Source: a virus. From it: 64,000 nucleotides of DNA. The stretch is from positions 1 through 64,000 of IMG/VR virus record IMGVR_UViG_3300020578_000040; one strand, given 5' to 3'. Shown here piece after piece: positions 53,627 through 64,000 of the stretch. Every line of letters begins with the position of its first letter. Position 1 is the first letter of the stretch. The position numbers were made by a program, and so were the translations under genes. The notes under the pieces were generated by a model. The model was not told where the DNA came from. It saw nothing but the letters and a program-made list of their open reading frames with translations, and did no database searches.

Positions 53627-56602
53627 CTAGTTGGTATATCCGTAAAGTTTCCAGGACCCAGATAAGTTGACTGCAGAAGAACCCAGTCTAAAACTTTGAA
53701 ATTGTATCCCATTATAGGCATTTGCCGTAGTGTGCTGAACGGTCCCCGTATAGTTGCCAAATGTCGATGCGCAGTGTGCTGAAATTATTGTTCTGTCAGC
53801 AACATTGGGGCGAGAAATATCCATAACTATGTGGCTGTCTGCGTTGGCTATTACTCCACAAATACCGAGAGATGAGTTTTGCCCGAAGAAATTGTCACTG
53901 CTTCCGCCATAAGTTAGGCCCTGAACTGCGTAGTAGTAACTTGTTGTAGCAGCCGTGCTGCCCGATAGTAGATTTATAAAAAATAAATATGTATTTGAAC
54001 TATTGGCCTGTAGGTCACTGATTATCAATCGATAATTGTCATAAGTGGCCGAAAAAACAGATTGTAAATTAACCTGCGTAGCGCCAGAAAATGTTCCGCT
54101 TGATAGATATACAAGCCCAATATTTCCTGTGGTGGCAATGGTTCCGTTCGCATTGGGGAGTGTTAGGGTCCTGTCTGCAGAGAGCGTTGTCGGCGTAAGC
54201 GTTACTTCGTAAGTTCCGGAGCCTCCAGCGCGACCCCGAAGTGCTACACCATCTTCGGTGGCTACTTCTCTTGCGGTGATAGAACCAATGACATCTAGTG
54301 ATGTTGCTGGCGATGAGGTATTGACACCGACGCGGTTATTTGTTGCGTCAACATAAAGCACATTTGTGTCGACTGATAGCGCTGCCGCAGAGAGCCTCGT
54401 TCCGTCAAATGTGAGATTCGCACTACCTGCGGCTGCGTTTGAACCATCTTTGTATACAACTTGGTTAGCACTGCCAGCGACTGGGCCAGTTGCGCCCTGC
54501 GCGCCCTGACTTCCAGTTGCGCCTTGCGCGCCTTGCGCTCCGGTTGCTCCAGTAGAACCCTGCGGTCCGGTGTCCCCCTGCGGACCCGTTGCGCCTTGTG
54601 GGCCCGTTGCCCCCTGTGCTCCTGTCGCCCCCTGTGCGCCCTGAGGACCAGTTGCCCCAGTCGCACCAGTATCACCCGTGGCTCCCGTGGCTCCCTGTGC
54701 GCCAGTTGCCCCCTGCGGACCCTGTGACCCTGCTGCTCCCTGAGGACCCGTGGCTCCTTGGGGTCCTGCATCGCCCTGAGCGCCCTGAGGGCCGGTCGAA
54801 CCCTGGGGTCCTTGCGCACCAGTTGCTCCCGTCGCACCCTGAGCACCCGTTGAGCCCTGTGGCCCCACATCACCCTGTGGTCCTTGTGCACCAGTTGCGC
54901 CGGTTGCCCCTTGGGTACCTGTCGCACCTTGCGGTCCCTGTGCCCCCGTTGCTCCGGTTGCCCCCTGTGCACCCGTAGCACCAGCGTCTCCTTGTGGACC
55001 CTGCGCGCCCGTTGCACCCTGCGCGCCCGTTGCACCTTGAGCACCAGTAGCACCCTGTGCCCCCTGCGCCCCCTGTGCCCCTACATCTCCAGTTCTGGCA
55101 AACGTAATGATGACGTCATCGTTGTTTGCGAATGGTGTAGTGCTTGAGCCTGTAACAAACGACGACGAAACGCGAAAGAATCCGGTTTCTTCAGTTATTG
55201 AAGAAATGGTGAATAGGGCAAATGCCGACGAATCACCTTTTTTAGAAACACGGAAGTGACCCTTAATTGTGCTCGTAGAGTCATCAATTGTCCTTAGGTA
55301 TGACTGAATGTCCGTTGAGTTGTCATCAACATCATCAATAATTAGTTCAGTCGATGTATCAAGGGGTGAATTATTAAACTTTAGTTTTCCTGCACCGGGG
55401 TCAGTTTGTGCGGTATTTGAATCAAAGGTGTAGTCAAATGTAATTCCGCCAAAGTTGCCCTGAGCACCCTGTGGACCCTGTGAGCCTGTTGCCCCCTGTG
55501 CTCCAGTTGAGCCTTGTGCTCCGGTGGCCCCCTGAGGGCCAGCATCTCCCTGAGGACCAGTTGCTCCTTGTGCGCCGGGATTTCCTTGTGGACCAGTTGC
55601 TCCTTGAGCGCCGGTAGCGCCCTGAGGTCCGATGTCGCCTTGTGCGCCGGTTGCTCCCTGTGAACCCTGTGCCCCCGTAGCGCCCTGAGGACCGGTTGCT
55701 CCCTGTGCACCCGTAGCGCCCGTAGAGCCTTGTGGACCAGCACCCCCCTGCGGTCCTGTCGCCCCCTGTGTTCCTTGAGGACCCTGAGGTCCTGTATCCC
55801 CTTGGGGACCAGTTGCTCCTTGTGGACCAGTAGAACCCTGAGGTCCCTGAGAGCCCTGAGGACCCTGAGCACCCTGTGCGCCCTGAGGACCGGTTGCTCC
55901 CTGTGCCCCCTGAGGACCCTGGGGACCAGTTGCCCCCTGTGGTCCTGTGTCTCCTTGTGGCCCAGTTGCCCCTTGCGGTCCTTGAGCACCAGTGGCACCA
56001 GTTGAGCCTTGTGGACCAGTTGCTCCCTGTGCTCCGGTGGCCCCTTGTGCTCCAGTGGCTCCCTGAGGGCCTTGAGCGCCCGTAGCGCCCACATCGCCCT
56101 GAGGACCGGTCGCGCCCGTGGCGCCGGTAGCACCCTGTGCTCCGGTTGCCCCCTGTGGTCCGGCCGCCCCCTGTGCTCCGGTGGCACCCTGTGGTCCAGT
56201 GTCCCCTTGTGGCCCCTGTGTACCCGTAGCGCCCTGAGAACCGGCCGCCCCCTGTGCTCCCTGAGGACCCTGCGCCCCCTGAGGACCAGTTGCTGTCGTG
56301 GGTTTGAATTTTGTACCGTCAAATACTAGGGCCTGGTTGCTTGTTGCGCCCGTCGTATCTACCTCAATATCATCGACAAAGAGTGCAGCAGCCTTAAAGG
56401 TGTCGTCGGTTTTGAGGACGTCGGCACTGTCGCGATAGAGATTAGTATCCGCAGCACCGCTTCCTGGTCCCCAAACTAAACGGCCACCCGCCTGTACCTG
56501 GAGGCGAGCATAGGTATCTGCGTCAACGAAAACGGTAATGGCATCAGAACCGGCAGACGATAACTGCCGTATCGTTATGGGAACGGTAAATTTCTGTGCC
56601 AC
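53627..56602 (-). CDS. collagen-like tail fibre protein
   Basis: Two long Gly-X-Y tracts (GPQ/GAQ/GAT) interrupted by a globular domain. Confidence 0.9.
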   Translation of the reverse strand: MAQKFTVPITIRQLSSAGSDAITVFVDADTYARLQVQAGGRLVWGPGSGAADTNLYRDSADVLKTDDTFKAAALFVDDIEVDTTGATSNQALVFDGTKFKPTTATGPQGAQGPQGAQGAAGSQGATGTQGPQGDTGPQGATGAQGAAGPQGATGAQGATGATGATGPQGDVGATGAQGPQGATGAQGATGAQGATGPQGSTGATGAQGPQGATGPQGDTGPQGATGPQGPQGAQGATGPQGAQGAQGPQGSQGPQGSTGPQGATGPQGDTGPQGPQGTQGATGPQGGAGPQGSTGATGAQGATGPQGATGAQGSQGATGAQGDIGPQGATGAQGATGPQGNPGAQGATGPQGDAGPQGATGAQGSTGAQGATGSQGPQGAQGNFGGITFDYTFDSNTAQTDPGAGKLKFNNSPLDTSTELIIDDVDDNSTDIQSYLRTIDDSTSTIKGHFRVSKKGDSSAFALFTISSITEETGFFRVSSSFVTGSSTTPFANNDDVIITFARTGDVGAQGAQGAQGATGAQGATGAQGATGAQGPQGDAGATGAQGATGATGAQGPQGATGTQGATGATGAQGPQGDVGPQGSTGAQGATGATGAQGPQGSTGPQGAQGDAGPQGATGPQGAAGSQGPQGATGAQGATGATGDTGATGATGPQGAQGATGAQGATGPQGATGPQGDTGPQGSTGATGAQGAQGATGSQGAQGATGPVAGSANQVVYKDGSNAAAGSANLTFDGTRLSAAALSVDTNVLYVDATNNRVGVNTSSPATSLDVIGSITAREVATEDGVALRGRAGGSGTYEVTLTPTTLSADRTLTLPNANGTIATTGNIGLVYLSSGTFSGATQVNLQSVFSATYDNYRLIISDLQANSSNTYLFFINLLSGSTAATTSYYYAVQGLTYGGSSDNFFGQNSSLGICGVIANADSHIVMDISRPNVADRTIISAHCASTFGNYTGTVQHTTANAYNGIQFQSFRLGSSAVNLSGSWKLYGYTN

Positions 56603-56644
56603 GACCTCAATCGCTTCCTATTCGCGGCCCCTCAAGGCCCTTTA

Positions 56645-58315
56645 TCAACCGACTACAACGATTGTGTAATCATTTACGGAAATTGACCCCAAGAGAACCA
56701 CAGATATGGTGTTTCCATTTGAGCGCGTTACGTCACCAATAACAGTTGCTCCGGTGTTCACTTCATAAATCTGCACGTTGACGTCAGTTGTTCCGAAGTT
56801 ATGCGTAACCGTAGTGGTCGATGTTCCGCTTACTGATGCTGCGCAACCTTGTTTTGCGACTCGCGCAAGAGATGGGGTGCTGGTTGTGCGACCAGTTGAT
56901 TCGCCTGATGCTGAAGCAAGGTTCGTTCTAGCCCCAGATTCAGTCGCCGCACCAGTGCCACCATGAGTGACCGCAATGGCCGTGCCGTTCCATGTCCCCG
57001 CAGAAATTGTTCCGACTGTAGTGATTGAATCATCACCAGTATATGTTCCCCCAGCAACTGTTGCCAGGGTTGCGTTGTAGGCCTGTACGTCAGTGCCGAT
57101 AGCAAGACCAAGCGTGGTGCGCATGTCTGATGTGGTTGAATCGTCAAGGAGCGTTCGTGCTGTCGCCGTTAGGTCGGCCAATGCGGCGGTGCCCGAGCCG
57201 GTGAAGTAGGGCATTTTGTTTGCCGCTGATGTTAGGCCAGCAAGTGCGGTAAGTTCGGCATCGTGCGCCTGAACATCTGTGCCAATCGCAAGGCCAAGAT
57301 TGGACCTCGCCGTTGAGGCACTGGTGGCGCCCGTACCACCGCTTGCAATCGCGATTGCCGTGCCGTTCCATACACCGGTTGTAATGGTGCCCAGTGTCGT
57401 GATGGTTGACTGTCCAACATATGTTGAAGCAATATCAATTGTGTCGGCGTTAACGGTGATTCTGTCAGCCGTACCAACTACATCAAGAGTATTGCCATTT
57501 TTTGTTAGACCCGCACCAGCAGTTATTTGTCCGGCACCGGAAAACTGTGCGAATACCAGGGGGGTCGTTCCCAGAGTAATTGTGTCGTTCGTAGTCAGGA
57601 CAAAGCCCGCATCACCATTTACAGTACCCTCGGTGACAAAGGTGAACATTCCTGCAGTTACTTCGGCAGAAGTATCCGCGTCATCGGCGCGACTTGGGGA
57701 ACCGGACGCGGCAACTACGTAAATTCCGTTTTCGGATGCACTGTCCTGGTTCTTTACGAGGACTCTGTTCCCGGTTGCAAGCACTACGCCATCAATCGTG
57801 TCGCCATTTTCCAGCCCTGAAGAAAGCGTGATTGCCTCCGTTGTAGCAACACGAACTGACGCCTTGACATCTAGGCCAGACCTTGCTGCGTCTACATAGG
57901 CCTTGGTCGCAGCATGCCCAGCCTCGGTTGGTGTGGCAACACTAAGATTTCCGTTCGCATCTCGTTTGGCAATCTTGCTGGCAGTCGCCGCATCTGTCGC
58001 ATCATTGATGGCATTCCAGAACGACGCTGGCAACAAACCCGCACTGTCTGTATCAGCAAGATTGAGTGTCAGCGAAACGGTACCGTTTGATTCACTAACA
58101 GTTAGGGCATCGGTGTGCGCGCCACCAGCCGAGATGGTGTGGGGGAGCGAACGCCATGCACCGTTGGCGTAAACTTTGATGGTATCAGTCGTGCTCTGAT
58201 AGATGAGACGGCCTTCGAAGTTGCCCGAACCAGGGTCACTGGCAACAACCTCAAATGTCGCATTGATAAGTTGATTCTGATTGAGGTCAATATTTGTTAG
58301 GAATTTTTGGGCCAT
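56645..58315 (-). CDS. tail fibre protein
   Basis: [43 protein letters not shown] repeats. Confidence 0.85.
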   Translation of the reverse strand: MAQKFLTNIDLNQNQLINATFEVVASDPGSGNFEGRLIYQSTTDTIKVYANGAWRSLPHTISAGGAHTDALTVSESNGTVSLTLNLADTDSAGLLPASFWNAINDATDAATASKIAKRDANGNLSVATPTEAGHAATKAYVDAARSGLDVKASVRVATTEAITLSSGLENGDTIDGVVLATGNRVLVKNQDSASENGIYVVAASGSPSRADDADTSAEVTAGMFTFVTEGTVNGDAGFVLTTNDTITLGTTPLVFAQFSGAGQITAGAGLTKNGNTLDVVGTADRITVNADTIDIASTYVGQSTITTLGTITTGVWNGTAIAIASGGTGATSASTARSNLGLAIGTDVQAHDAELTALAGLTSAANKMPYFTGSGTAALADLTATARTLLDDSTTSDMRTTLGLAIGTDVQAYNATLATVAGGTYTGDDSITTVGTISAGTWNGTAIAVTHGGTGAATESGARTNLASASGESTGRTTSTPSLARVAKQGCAASVSGTSTTTVTHNFGTTDVNVQIYEVNTGATVIGDVTRSNGNTISVVLLGSISVNDYTIVVVG

Positions 58316-58324
58316 TTTTATTCC

Positions 58325-58663
58325 TTAAGTTAAGTAGGCAAAACCAGAAAATGGTGCACTAAATAATACCCTAACTTGGGTATTTGATAAATATTGTACC
58401 TCACCAAAAACCACCGTACCCGCAGAATCAACAACTGTTACGCTTGGCTTTCCACCAAGCGTGTGGGTAATCGTCCAGGTCGACGATACGGTGCCTTGGG
58501 TATGAACATGTCGGCGAGTAACGCCCTGTGATATTGACCCCGTTGCTACAGTAACGGAGTTTGTTACTGTTTGAATAGTGACGAGGTTCTGGTCTTCTTG
58601 ATTAACGGTTACGGTATTTGGCGTATCCTGTTGAATGTTGACAGTATTGGGTATGCCGCTCAT
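58325..58663 (-). CDS. tail-associated protein
   Basis: H.Q....TWTITHTLG..PSVTVVDS. Confidence 0.75.
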   Translation of the reverse strand: MSGIPNTVNIQQDTPNTVTVNQEDQNLVTIQTVTNSVTVATGSISQGVTRRHVHTQGTVSSTWTITHTLGGKPSVTVVDSAGTVVFGEVQYLSNTQVRVLFSAPFSGFAYLT

Positions 58664-59028
58664 CTGGTAACCTCGGGCAGCAGCGTGAATGTGCCCTTTA
58701 TGAGTTTTGACACATCGCCGGATGAACTAATAATTTCCAGGTCATAAACACCGCTAGTTTCAAGTGCTGCTGTCTCTGCAGAGGTCATCCTGACTGTGGC
58801 TTCACCATTCACGGCATCCGTATATTCGATGCCATTATTCTCGGTTGTCAATTCAATCATGACCGCTGTTGACTCTATTGTACGACGTATTTGCATACGC
58901 GCCGTATAGTCAGTAAAATCCCAAGGGAGCATCACTGATGCATCATCGGGGTCGGGGTATTCGACGGTAATAATTCGGCTGAAAGTAGAGCCCTGTTCGC
59001 AAGTTATATTATAAATACCAGCAAGCAT
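58660..59028 (-). CDS. tail/baseplate-associated protein (BppU/LtfC-like)
   Basis: YNITCEQGSTF...ARMQIR...VYDLE...G. Confidence 0.7.
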   Translation of the reverse strand: MLAGIYNITCEQGSTFSRIITVEYPDPDDASVMLPWDFTDYTARMQIRRTIESTAVMIELTTENNGIEYTDAVNGEATVRMTSAETAALETSGVYDLEIISSSGDVSKLIKGTFTLLPEVTR

Positions 59029-59091
59029 GGTTCACTCTCCTCCAACATCACTCAATATTGTAGTTGAGTTGGGTATGTCCTGGCAGGACTA

Positions 59092-59307
59092 TCAGAGGAT
59101 GGAGCCAGAGTCCTTATTGGGGCCGACTTTCTTCAGTCCGAATGCAGCGGCAACAACGGCCACAGCAGCAACTGCGCCAACCTTTAGGTTGTCGGCATTT
59201 GTGAGTGCATCGAAGTCTGATCCAGCCTCAACCCAAACGCCCACATATGCAGCAACAAATGCTGTTACTGCACGCTCTGCGGTATCTTTAATGAATTTAG
59301 TTGACAT
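59092..59307 (-). CDS. holin (r1t-like)
   Basis: F.KDTAERAV.AF; two TMs. Confidence 0.7.
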   Translation of the reverse strand: MSTKFIKDTAERAVTAFVAAYVGVWVEAGSDFDALTNADNLKVGAVAAVAVVAAAFGLKKVGPNKDSGSIL

Positions 59308-59348
59308 AACTACCTCCATAAATATTATACATTAATGAGTGCGATAAT

Positions 59349-61124
59349 CTAGGAGATACTCCCGCCAACTGTCTGGTGGCCCTCAACGTAAAAATTTCGT
59401 GCCCTAAATGCGAAAGTCCCTGGTGCTGAACAGTTACTCTGGTATTGACCCCAGCCGGTACCATTGACGGCAACTTTTGCTTTTTTTTCGCTGATGTCGC
59501 TTCCACCCATATAGACACCATAGGAACGCTCTCCTGCGGTAAAGTTTGGCGGAGGATTATAGTTCAACCCCCCTTCTGAGAACGCAATCCCAAATAGGGA
59601 TGACCAGCCACTGGGTGTTCCTCCGTTCAAGATCTCCCATTGCGTGTTTCGTGTTGGAGAGTTGAGGTTTGCAAGACCGCCGTCTGCTTCTCGGTGTGTT
59701 AGTAGTTCGGCAAACTCACAATTGATCGTATTGATAAATTTGTACCCCACCTCACTGTCGGTTGATGGTGAAGACGGTAGCGTCAAGACCACATTACCGA
59801 TATCGGTTGTCCCACATGTTCCCTGAAGTGCAATAACTTTTTCTGTATAATCAGCTGACGCTGGATATCTCCAAGCAACGTTCTTCTTTGGTGTTACGAA
59901 ACTCCTGGTATTGCTGTTCCCGGAGTTAGCAAAAATTCTATTGGTGACATAGGCATATATTGAATATGTTTGGTTAAAACTTAGCCCATCAACAGACCAT
60001 ACCCATTTGTCACCAGAAGATGTTGCGGAATATGTGCCAACACCAGATATGACTAATGTGGCTGAGGTGCTATATGTCGGTTGCATCATTTCAAGCTTTG
60101 CGGTTGTTGAGTTTACATTCATGTCGCTATGCCAGTTAAGTGTTCCGACAGTAGGTGTCAATGGGTCCAGCTGCCGAATCGCAGGATGTTCGTTGCTACT
60201 GGCCCCATAGGTTCCGACGGTTCCTGTTGTTGCTGAAACTGCGGCAACCTCAACTGTGAAAAATTCATCCGCCCCAACACCAACTGCAACTGTTTTTGAC
60301 GTTTCTGCCGCCGTGAGTGTTCCAGAGTTGACGAGATGCCCTGAAGAGTTTTTTGTTTGCCATTTATAGCTAGCAATCGCATAGGTTCCACCTGTTGGTG
60401 TTGATCTAGTGAACGTGGCCTGGGTGGTGTTGACGCTATTGACTGTTACGCTTGGCGCGAGGTATGCCTTCTCAACATCGGTTGATGTCGTCGCAGTACC
60501 TGCCGTACCAGCTAAACCGGATGTTGCAGAAACTGCTCGAACTTCGACCGTATGTGCGGCATTATGCACCAGACCAGTGATTATGTAGTCGGTGCTAGGC
60601 GACATAGGTGTTGTTGTAAACCCTGATGTCAGCTCAGTTGCACCACGATACAGACGGTACTGATAGTAGGATACCGCATAGGTCCCGCCACTGGAAGCCG
60701 CGAAGCTCCACTTTAGTTTGGTAGCATTTAGTGGATCGACGTCAGAATCAAGCTGAGTCAATGTTACGACTGGAGCGCTATTTGCTACTTCGGCAGAAGT
60801 TGTGGCGCTAGCTGAACTTGATGCCGGACCAGACTGTCCCGTTACATCAACTCCGCGCATTGTTATCGAGTGGGCGGTTGATGGTATGAGTCCACTAATT
60901 GTGAATGATGTTGCGGAACCACTAATCGATCCAGTGTACGCGGCACCATTTAAACTGTATTCAAAGTAAGAGATCGTAAATGAACCGGTTACTGCAGTAA
61001 AATTCACAACAACCGTAGTTGGGGTTACGCTTGTACTATTGATAGTTGGTGCACCCGGTGGCATGCCACTGGTGAGCCCCAAACCGCGTGCAGCAGTTGC
61101 GCCGAAAGAAGCAAACAGGGGCAT
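59349..61124 (-). CDS. fibronectin type III repeat virion protein
   Basis: Repeated FN3 (PGAP...YEYSL...ISGL.P.T). Confidence 0.75.
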   Translation of the reverse strand: MPLFASFGATAARGLGLTSGMPPGAPTINSTSVTPTTVVVNFTAVTGSFTISYFEYSLNGAAYTGSISGSATSFTISGLIPSTAHSITMRGVDVTGQSGPASSSASATTSAEVANSAPVVTLTQLDSDVDPLNATKLKWSFAASSGGTYAVSYYQYRLYRGATELTSGFTTTPMSPSTDYIITGLVHNAAHTVEVRAVSATSGLAGTAGTATTSTDVEKAYLAPSVTVNSVNTTQATFTRSTPTGGTYAIASYKWQTKNSSGHLVNSGTLTAAETSKTVAVGVGADEFFTVEVAAVSATTGTVGTYGASSNEHPAIRQLDPLTPTVGTLNWHSDMNVNSTTAKLEMMQPTYSTSATLVISGVGTYSATSSGDKWVWSVDGLSFNQTYSIYAYVTNRIFANSGNSNTRSFVTPKKNVAWRYPASADYTEKVIALQGTCGTTDIGNVVLTLPSSPSTDSEVGYKFINTINCEFAELLTHREADGGLANLNSPTRNTQWEILNGGTPSGWSSLFGIAFSEGGLNYNPPPNFTAGERSYGVYMGGSDISEKKAKVAVNGTGWGQYQSNCSAPGTFAFRARNFYVEGHQTVGGSIS

Positions 61125-61125
61125 A

Positions 61126-62115
61126 TTAGGTAGCAAACCTAGTTCTAGAGGCGAAAACCGTATAATTATCCGCAGTAGTGCGTACAATTGTGTAGGTATA
61201 TGCGTCTGTTCCCGCACTGGTGTTTGTGGTTCCGGGAGTAATGCCACCCTGCCATAACGTAGTTACACTTGATGCGCTAGTGATGGTGATCGAACTTGAA
61301 TACCCCGCGCTTGATCCAACTTTTACTATGACAACTATTGTTACAGCTCGTCCATCAGCGCCGAGAAGCGTGTTGATGTTTGCATTTGTAAAAGTTGGCG
61401 TCCATGTGGTGGTAACTGCTGTAGATGGATTGTAAAAGAAAGCAGTGGAGCTAGTTGGATCAAGCGACAACACACCAGAAGGCGATGACGTAGAGTAGCT
61501 CCACTGCTCTATTGCTCTACTCAGAACAGATTGGTTAATTGTTGAGGTGGAAAGAGTAGCGGAGTTGATTACTGGTGATGTTAGGGTTTTATTTGTGAGG
61601 GTTTGAGTTGCGGTAGGCGTCACTGCTTCTGCCCAAACGACGGCCGAAGCGGTACTTGAGAGAAAGTAACCGTTTGTGCCATTAAGTATTTTGTCAACGG
61701 TGACCGCATCGTCGGCCAGTCCTACAGTTGCTACCTGTCCCCATTTGAGACCTGGGCCTACCGCGCTGTCGGCAATAAGAACAGTACCGTTTGTGCCCAC
61801 CGAAAGCGCGACAACTTCTCCGGCCCCCACTGTGGGGTCAAAGGTTGCCAAGTCACCCTGTTCTGTTGTGACGAATCCACCAATCTCCGACTGAGCTGCC
61901 AGCCTAACCCAGTTAGTGCCATCGTAATACTCTGGAGCCCCAGCTGTTTCTATGTATCGTACGGCGCCATCATCGGGAGTAAAACCAGAGTTTGTGTAGG
62001 CGGCTGTATCAGCAAACACAAGTACCGACTGGTTCATCAAATAGCCATTTACCTCCGATGCAGTAAGTACGGCATTTGCTTGAAATTCTTTCCATCCAGA
62101 TCCTGAGTCAGCCAT
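61126..62115 (-). CDS. tail fibre/minor tail protein
   Basis: F....VLTASEVNGYLM.Q; TQTLTNKTLTSP. Confidence 0.75.
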   Translation of the reverse strand: MADSGSGWKEFQANAVLTASEVNGYLMNQSVLVFADTAAYTNSGFTPDDGAVRYIETAGAPEYYDGTNWVRLAAQSEIGGFVTTEQGDLATFDPTVGAGEVVALSVGTNGTVLIADSAVGPGLKWGQVATVGLADDAVTVDKILNGTNGYFLSSTASAVVWAEAVTPTATQTLTNKTLTSPVINSATLSTSTINQSVLSRAIEQWSYSTSSPSGVLSLDPTSSTAFFYNPSTAVTTTWTPTFTNANINTLLGADGRAVTIVVIVKVGSSAGYSSSITITSASSVTTLWQGGITPGTTNTSAGTDAYTYTIVRTTADNYTVFASRTRFAT

Positions 62116-62124
62116 TTTTGCTCC

Positions 62125-64000
62125 TTAGCCGAGTGATGCCTTGGACAGTTTACCCAACGCAACGCTATTTAATGTAAATTCGAATAAATTTTCAGACGAA
62201 TGAGTGATTTGGTAACCCATTGGTTTACTGTATTCAAGTAGTTCAAGTATTGCTTCCGATGATCTGGATGCCGTCCCATCCTGGTCGTCGACAGCAGCAC
62301 AAGTTCCACTTGAAACAGTCACAGTTGAGGTTGTTGCGTTGACGACATCGAATGTTGTGGCTGTCACCGAAGTGACGGTGAAGGTTCCATTATATCCAGA
62401 CGGCGCCAAACCGGTAATTACAACAATATCCCCACTAGAAAGATTGTGGGCCGATGATGTTGTGTATCGCACGGAGCCCGAACTTGGCGTCGAGGGGGTC
62501 ACTGCGCTGATTGTCGAAGTGGATACGGTTGTTGTCGCGTTTGCGACTACGAAAGTGGTCGGTGTTGGGGCAGAGGTAACCTCAAACGTCCCGTTATATC
62601 CACTTGCAGAAAGACTCCGAATTGTTACAGTATCCCCAGCTGTAAATCCGTGAGCCGAGCTTGTCGTGTATGTCACCGATCCAGATGTCGGTGACGATGG
62701 TGCGACACCAGTGACAACTGAGGCCGGATCGGTGTCGGCTGTTTCGCGAGCGAGGGTAAGGACATGTATTTGCCATGGGTCATCTTGATAAATTGGCAGA
62801 ACCGCTATTGATCGCATATCTACCACGGACTTGAGAATTTGTGTACTAACAGCAGTATTTTCTGTTCCATCAGAATTAAGTTTTTTAATTTCTGGGTAAA
62901 ACTCCCCAGCAACATAGACGTTGTTTTCGTCATCGAGAACGATTGATGTGACCTCATTGGCCGAAGAGGAGCCAAAAAATGATGAGGATAGGTTTGAATT
63001 GAATCTTGAGTCTACAGTGCCATCATCAAGTAGACGTGCACAGTGATTCGCAGGCTCAGTAAAAGCCCCACCCAGCACGATCTTATCATCACCATCAACC
63101 GCAACCGTGCTGACCGAATCGTCTATGAAATACGAAGACGTCACTATGTCCACAAATGTTGTGTCAATCGTGAAATTGAGACTATATGGCGTTACCTTCC
63201 AGAACGTTCCAGAGTTGCTTGTTCCCTCCGTAACCGCAACAATAGGTTCGGCAAGTACTTTTGCTTTCGTGTTTAGATCTGTTGCGCGTGTAAACGATGT
63301 TCCAGAATAGACATAAACACCATTTTGTTCACGTCGCGCCGAAGCCGAACCCGTTACTTTGGTAGGTGTATCGGCATACGCCTGAACCACATCAAAGGTA
63401 GTCGATGTAACAGCATCAATTTCATACGTTTGATTATATTGACCTGGGGCTATTCCAGTAATGATTACATAATCATCTTCAGCAAATCCATGGGCAGCCG
63501 ATGTTGTAAATCTAACTTTTCCTGATGTTGGGGTGTTTGGGGCGACAGCAGTAATTGATGCAGTTAGTTCCTGATCTTTGACAAGGACCCTATCTCCATT
63601 GACAAGTGCTTGGCCATCTATGGTTGAGGAAAATGAGGCAAGGTTGATTCCAGTTGTTGTGGCTAGTCTCACTGGGGCAATCGTATTTCCAATTGTTTGC
63701 GAAAAGTCCGTATCTTCCGCACCAGTCGATAGGAGTCGCGCCACGTAACGTGTTGGTTTAGTGAATTCGCCGACGACAATTATTTTCCCATCAGACTGAA
63801 CGGCTATGTCGTTAACCTGTCCGTTCAGGACGGTCGCCGCATTGGCAGTGAACGCCGTATCTTCGGTGCCATCTGAATTAAAGCGTCCTACATAGTTGGC
63901 GGGATCGGTAAAGGATCCACCGATCAATACCTTGTTATCATCCTGCAGATGAATACACAGCACCTCACCATTTATGTTTGTTGAAATATTTGAATTGAAC
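62125..64000 (-). CDS. large tail protein with delta-60 beta-propeller repeats (5' truncated)
   Basis: VQSDGKIIVVGEF repeats; frame stays open to window end. Confidence 0.8.
   Translation of the reverse strand, partial: FNSNISTNINGEVLCIHLQDDNKVLIGGSFTDPANYVGRFNSDGTEDTAFTANAATVLNGQVNDIAVQSDGKIIVVGEFTKPTRYVARLLSTGAEDTDFSQTIGNTIAPVRLATTTGINLASFSSTIDGQALVNGDRVLVKDQELTASITAVAPNTPTSGKVRFTTSAAHGFAEDDYVIITGIAPGQYNQTYEIDAVTSTTFDVVQAYADTPTKVTGSASARREQNGVYVYSGTSFTRATDLNTKAKVLAEPIVAVTEGTSNSGTFWKVTPYSLNFTIDTTFVDIVTSSYFIDDSVSTVAVDGDDKIVLGGAFTEPANHCARLLDDGTVDSRFNSNLSSSFFGSSSANEVTSIVLDDENNVYVAGEFYPEIKKLNSDGTENTAVSTQILKSVVDMRSIAVLPIYQDDPWQIHVLTLARETADTDPASVVTGVAPSSPTSGSVTYTTSSAHGFTAGDTVTIRSLSASGYNGTFEVTSAPTPTTFVVANATTTVSTSTISAVTPSTPSSGSVRYTTSSAHNLSSGDIVVITGLAPSGYNGTFTVTSVTATTFDVVNATTSTVTVSSGTCAAVDDQDGTASRSSEAILELLEYSKPMGYQITHSSENLFEFTLNSVALGKLSKASLG

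Noticed and set aside
54295-56329. Long alternative-frame ORFs over the collagen gene
   Set aside because: Artefacts of the 9-bp Gly-X-Y periodicity
1-64000. tRNA, integrase, transposase, reverse transcriptase/DGR
   Set aside because: No full cloverleaf or catalytic motifs found by eye; the 31-nt duplicate is exact, without the adenine-specific changes of a DGR

Overview
A 64-kb segment of a large tailed dsDNA phage, most likely infecting Actinobacteria (three WhiB-like genes, an MSMEG_6728-type glycosylase, a Gram-positive LexA-type box). Layout: (i) 0-9.5 kb, mostly minus-strand accessory and DNA-metabolism genes (ParB-like, SSB, deaminase, DUF932, pyrimidine-dimer glycosylase, SLT); (ii) 9.6-29.7 kb, a plus-strand array of about 45 short genes driven by about 26 similar sigma70/SigA-type promoters; (iii) 30-35 kb, replication (loader, primase-helicase) and RHH regulators; (iv) 35-64 kb, mostly minus-strand nuclease, lysis, modification enzymes (GT2, three 2OG-Fe(II) oxygenases, halogenase) and tail-fibre genes at lower GC. 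The most striking unexplained structure is in region (ii). Seven intergenic modules share a fixed grammar: phased AGCCCCGC boxes in facing orientation, then polar GCGCGTAT boxes, often a CACGGT(A/T)GGCAC box, then a promoter. A second promoter class has its -10 box in the loop of a covarying hairpin, and an HA-HTH gene is a candidate cognate regulator. There are also two candidate structured ncRNAs (4.05-4.39 kb, 30.6-30.9 kb) and a repeat-flanked insertion in whiB carrying an exact 31-nt copy of a distant locus. All family assignments come from manual motif recognition, not database searches.
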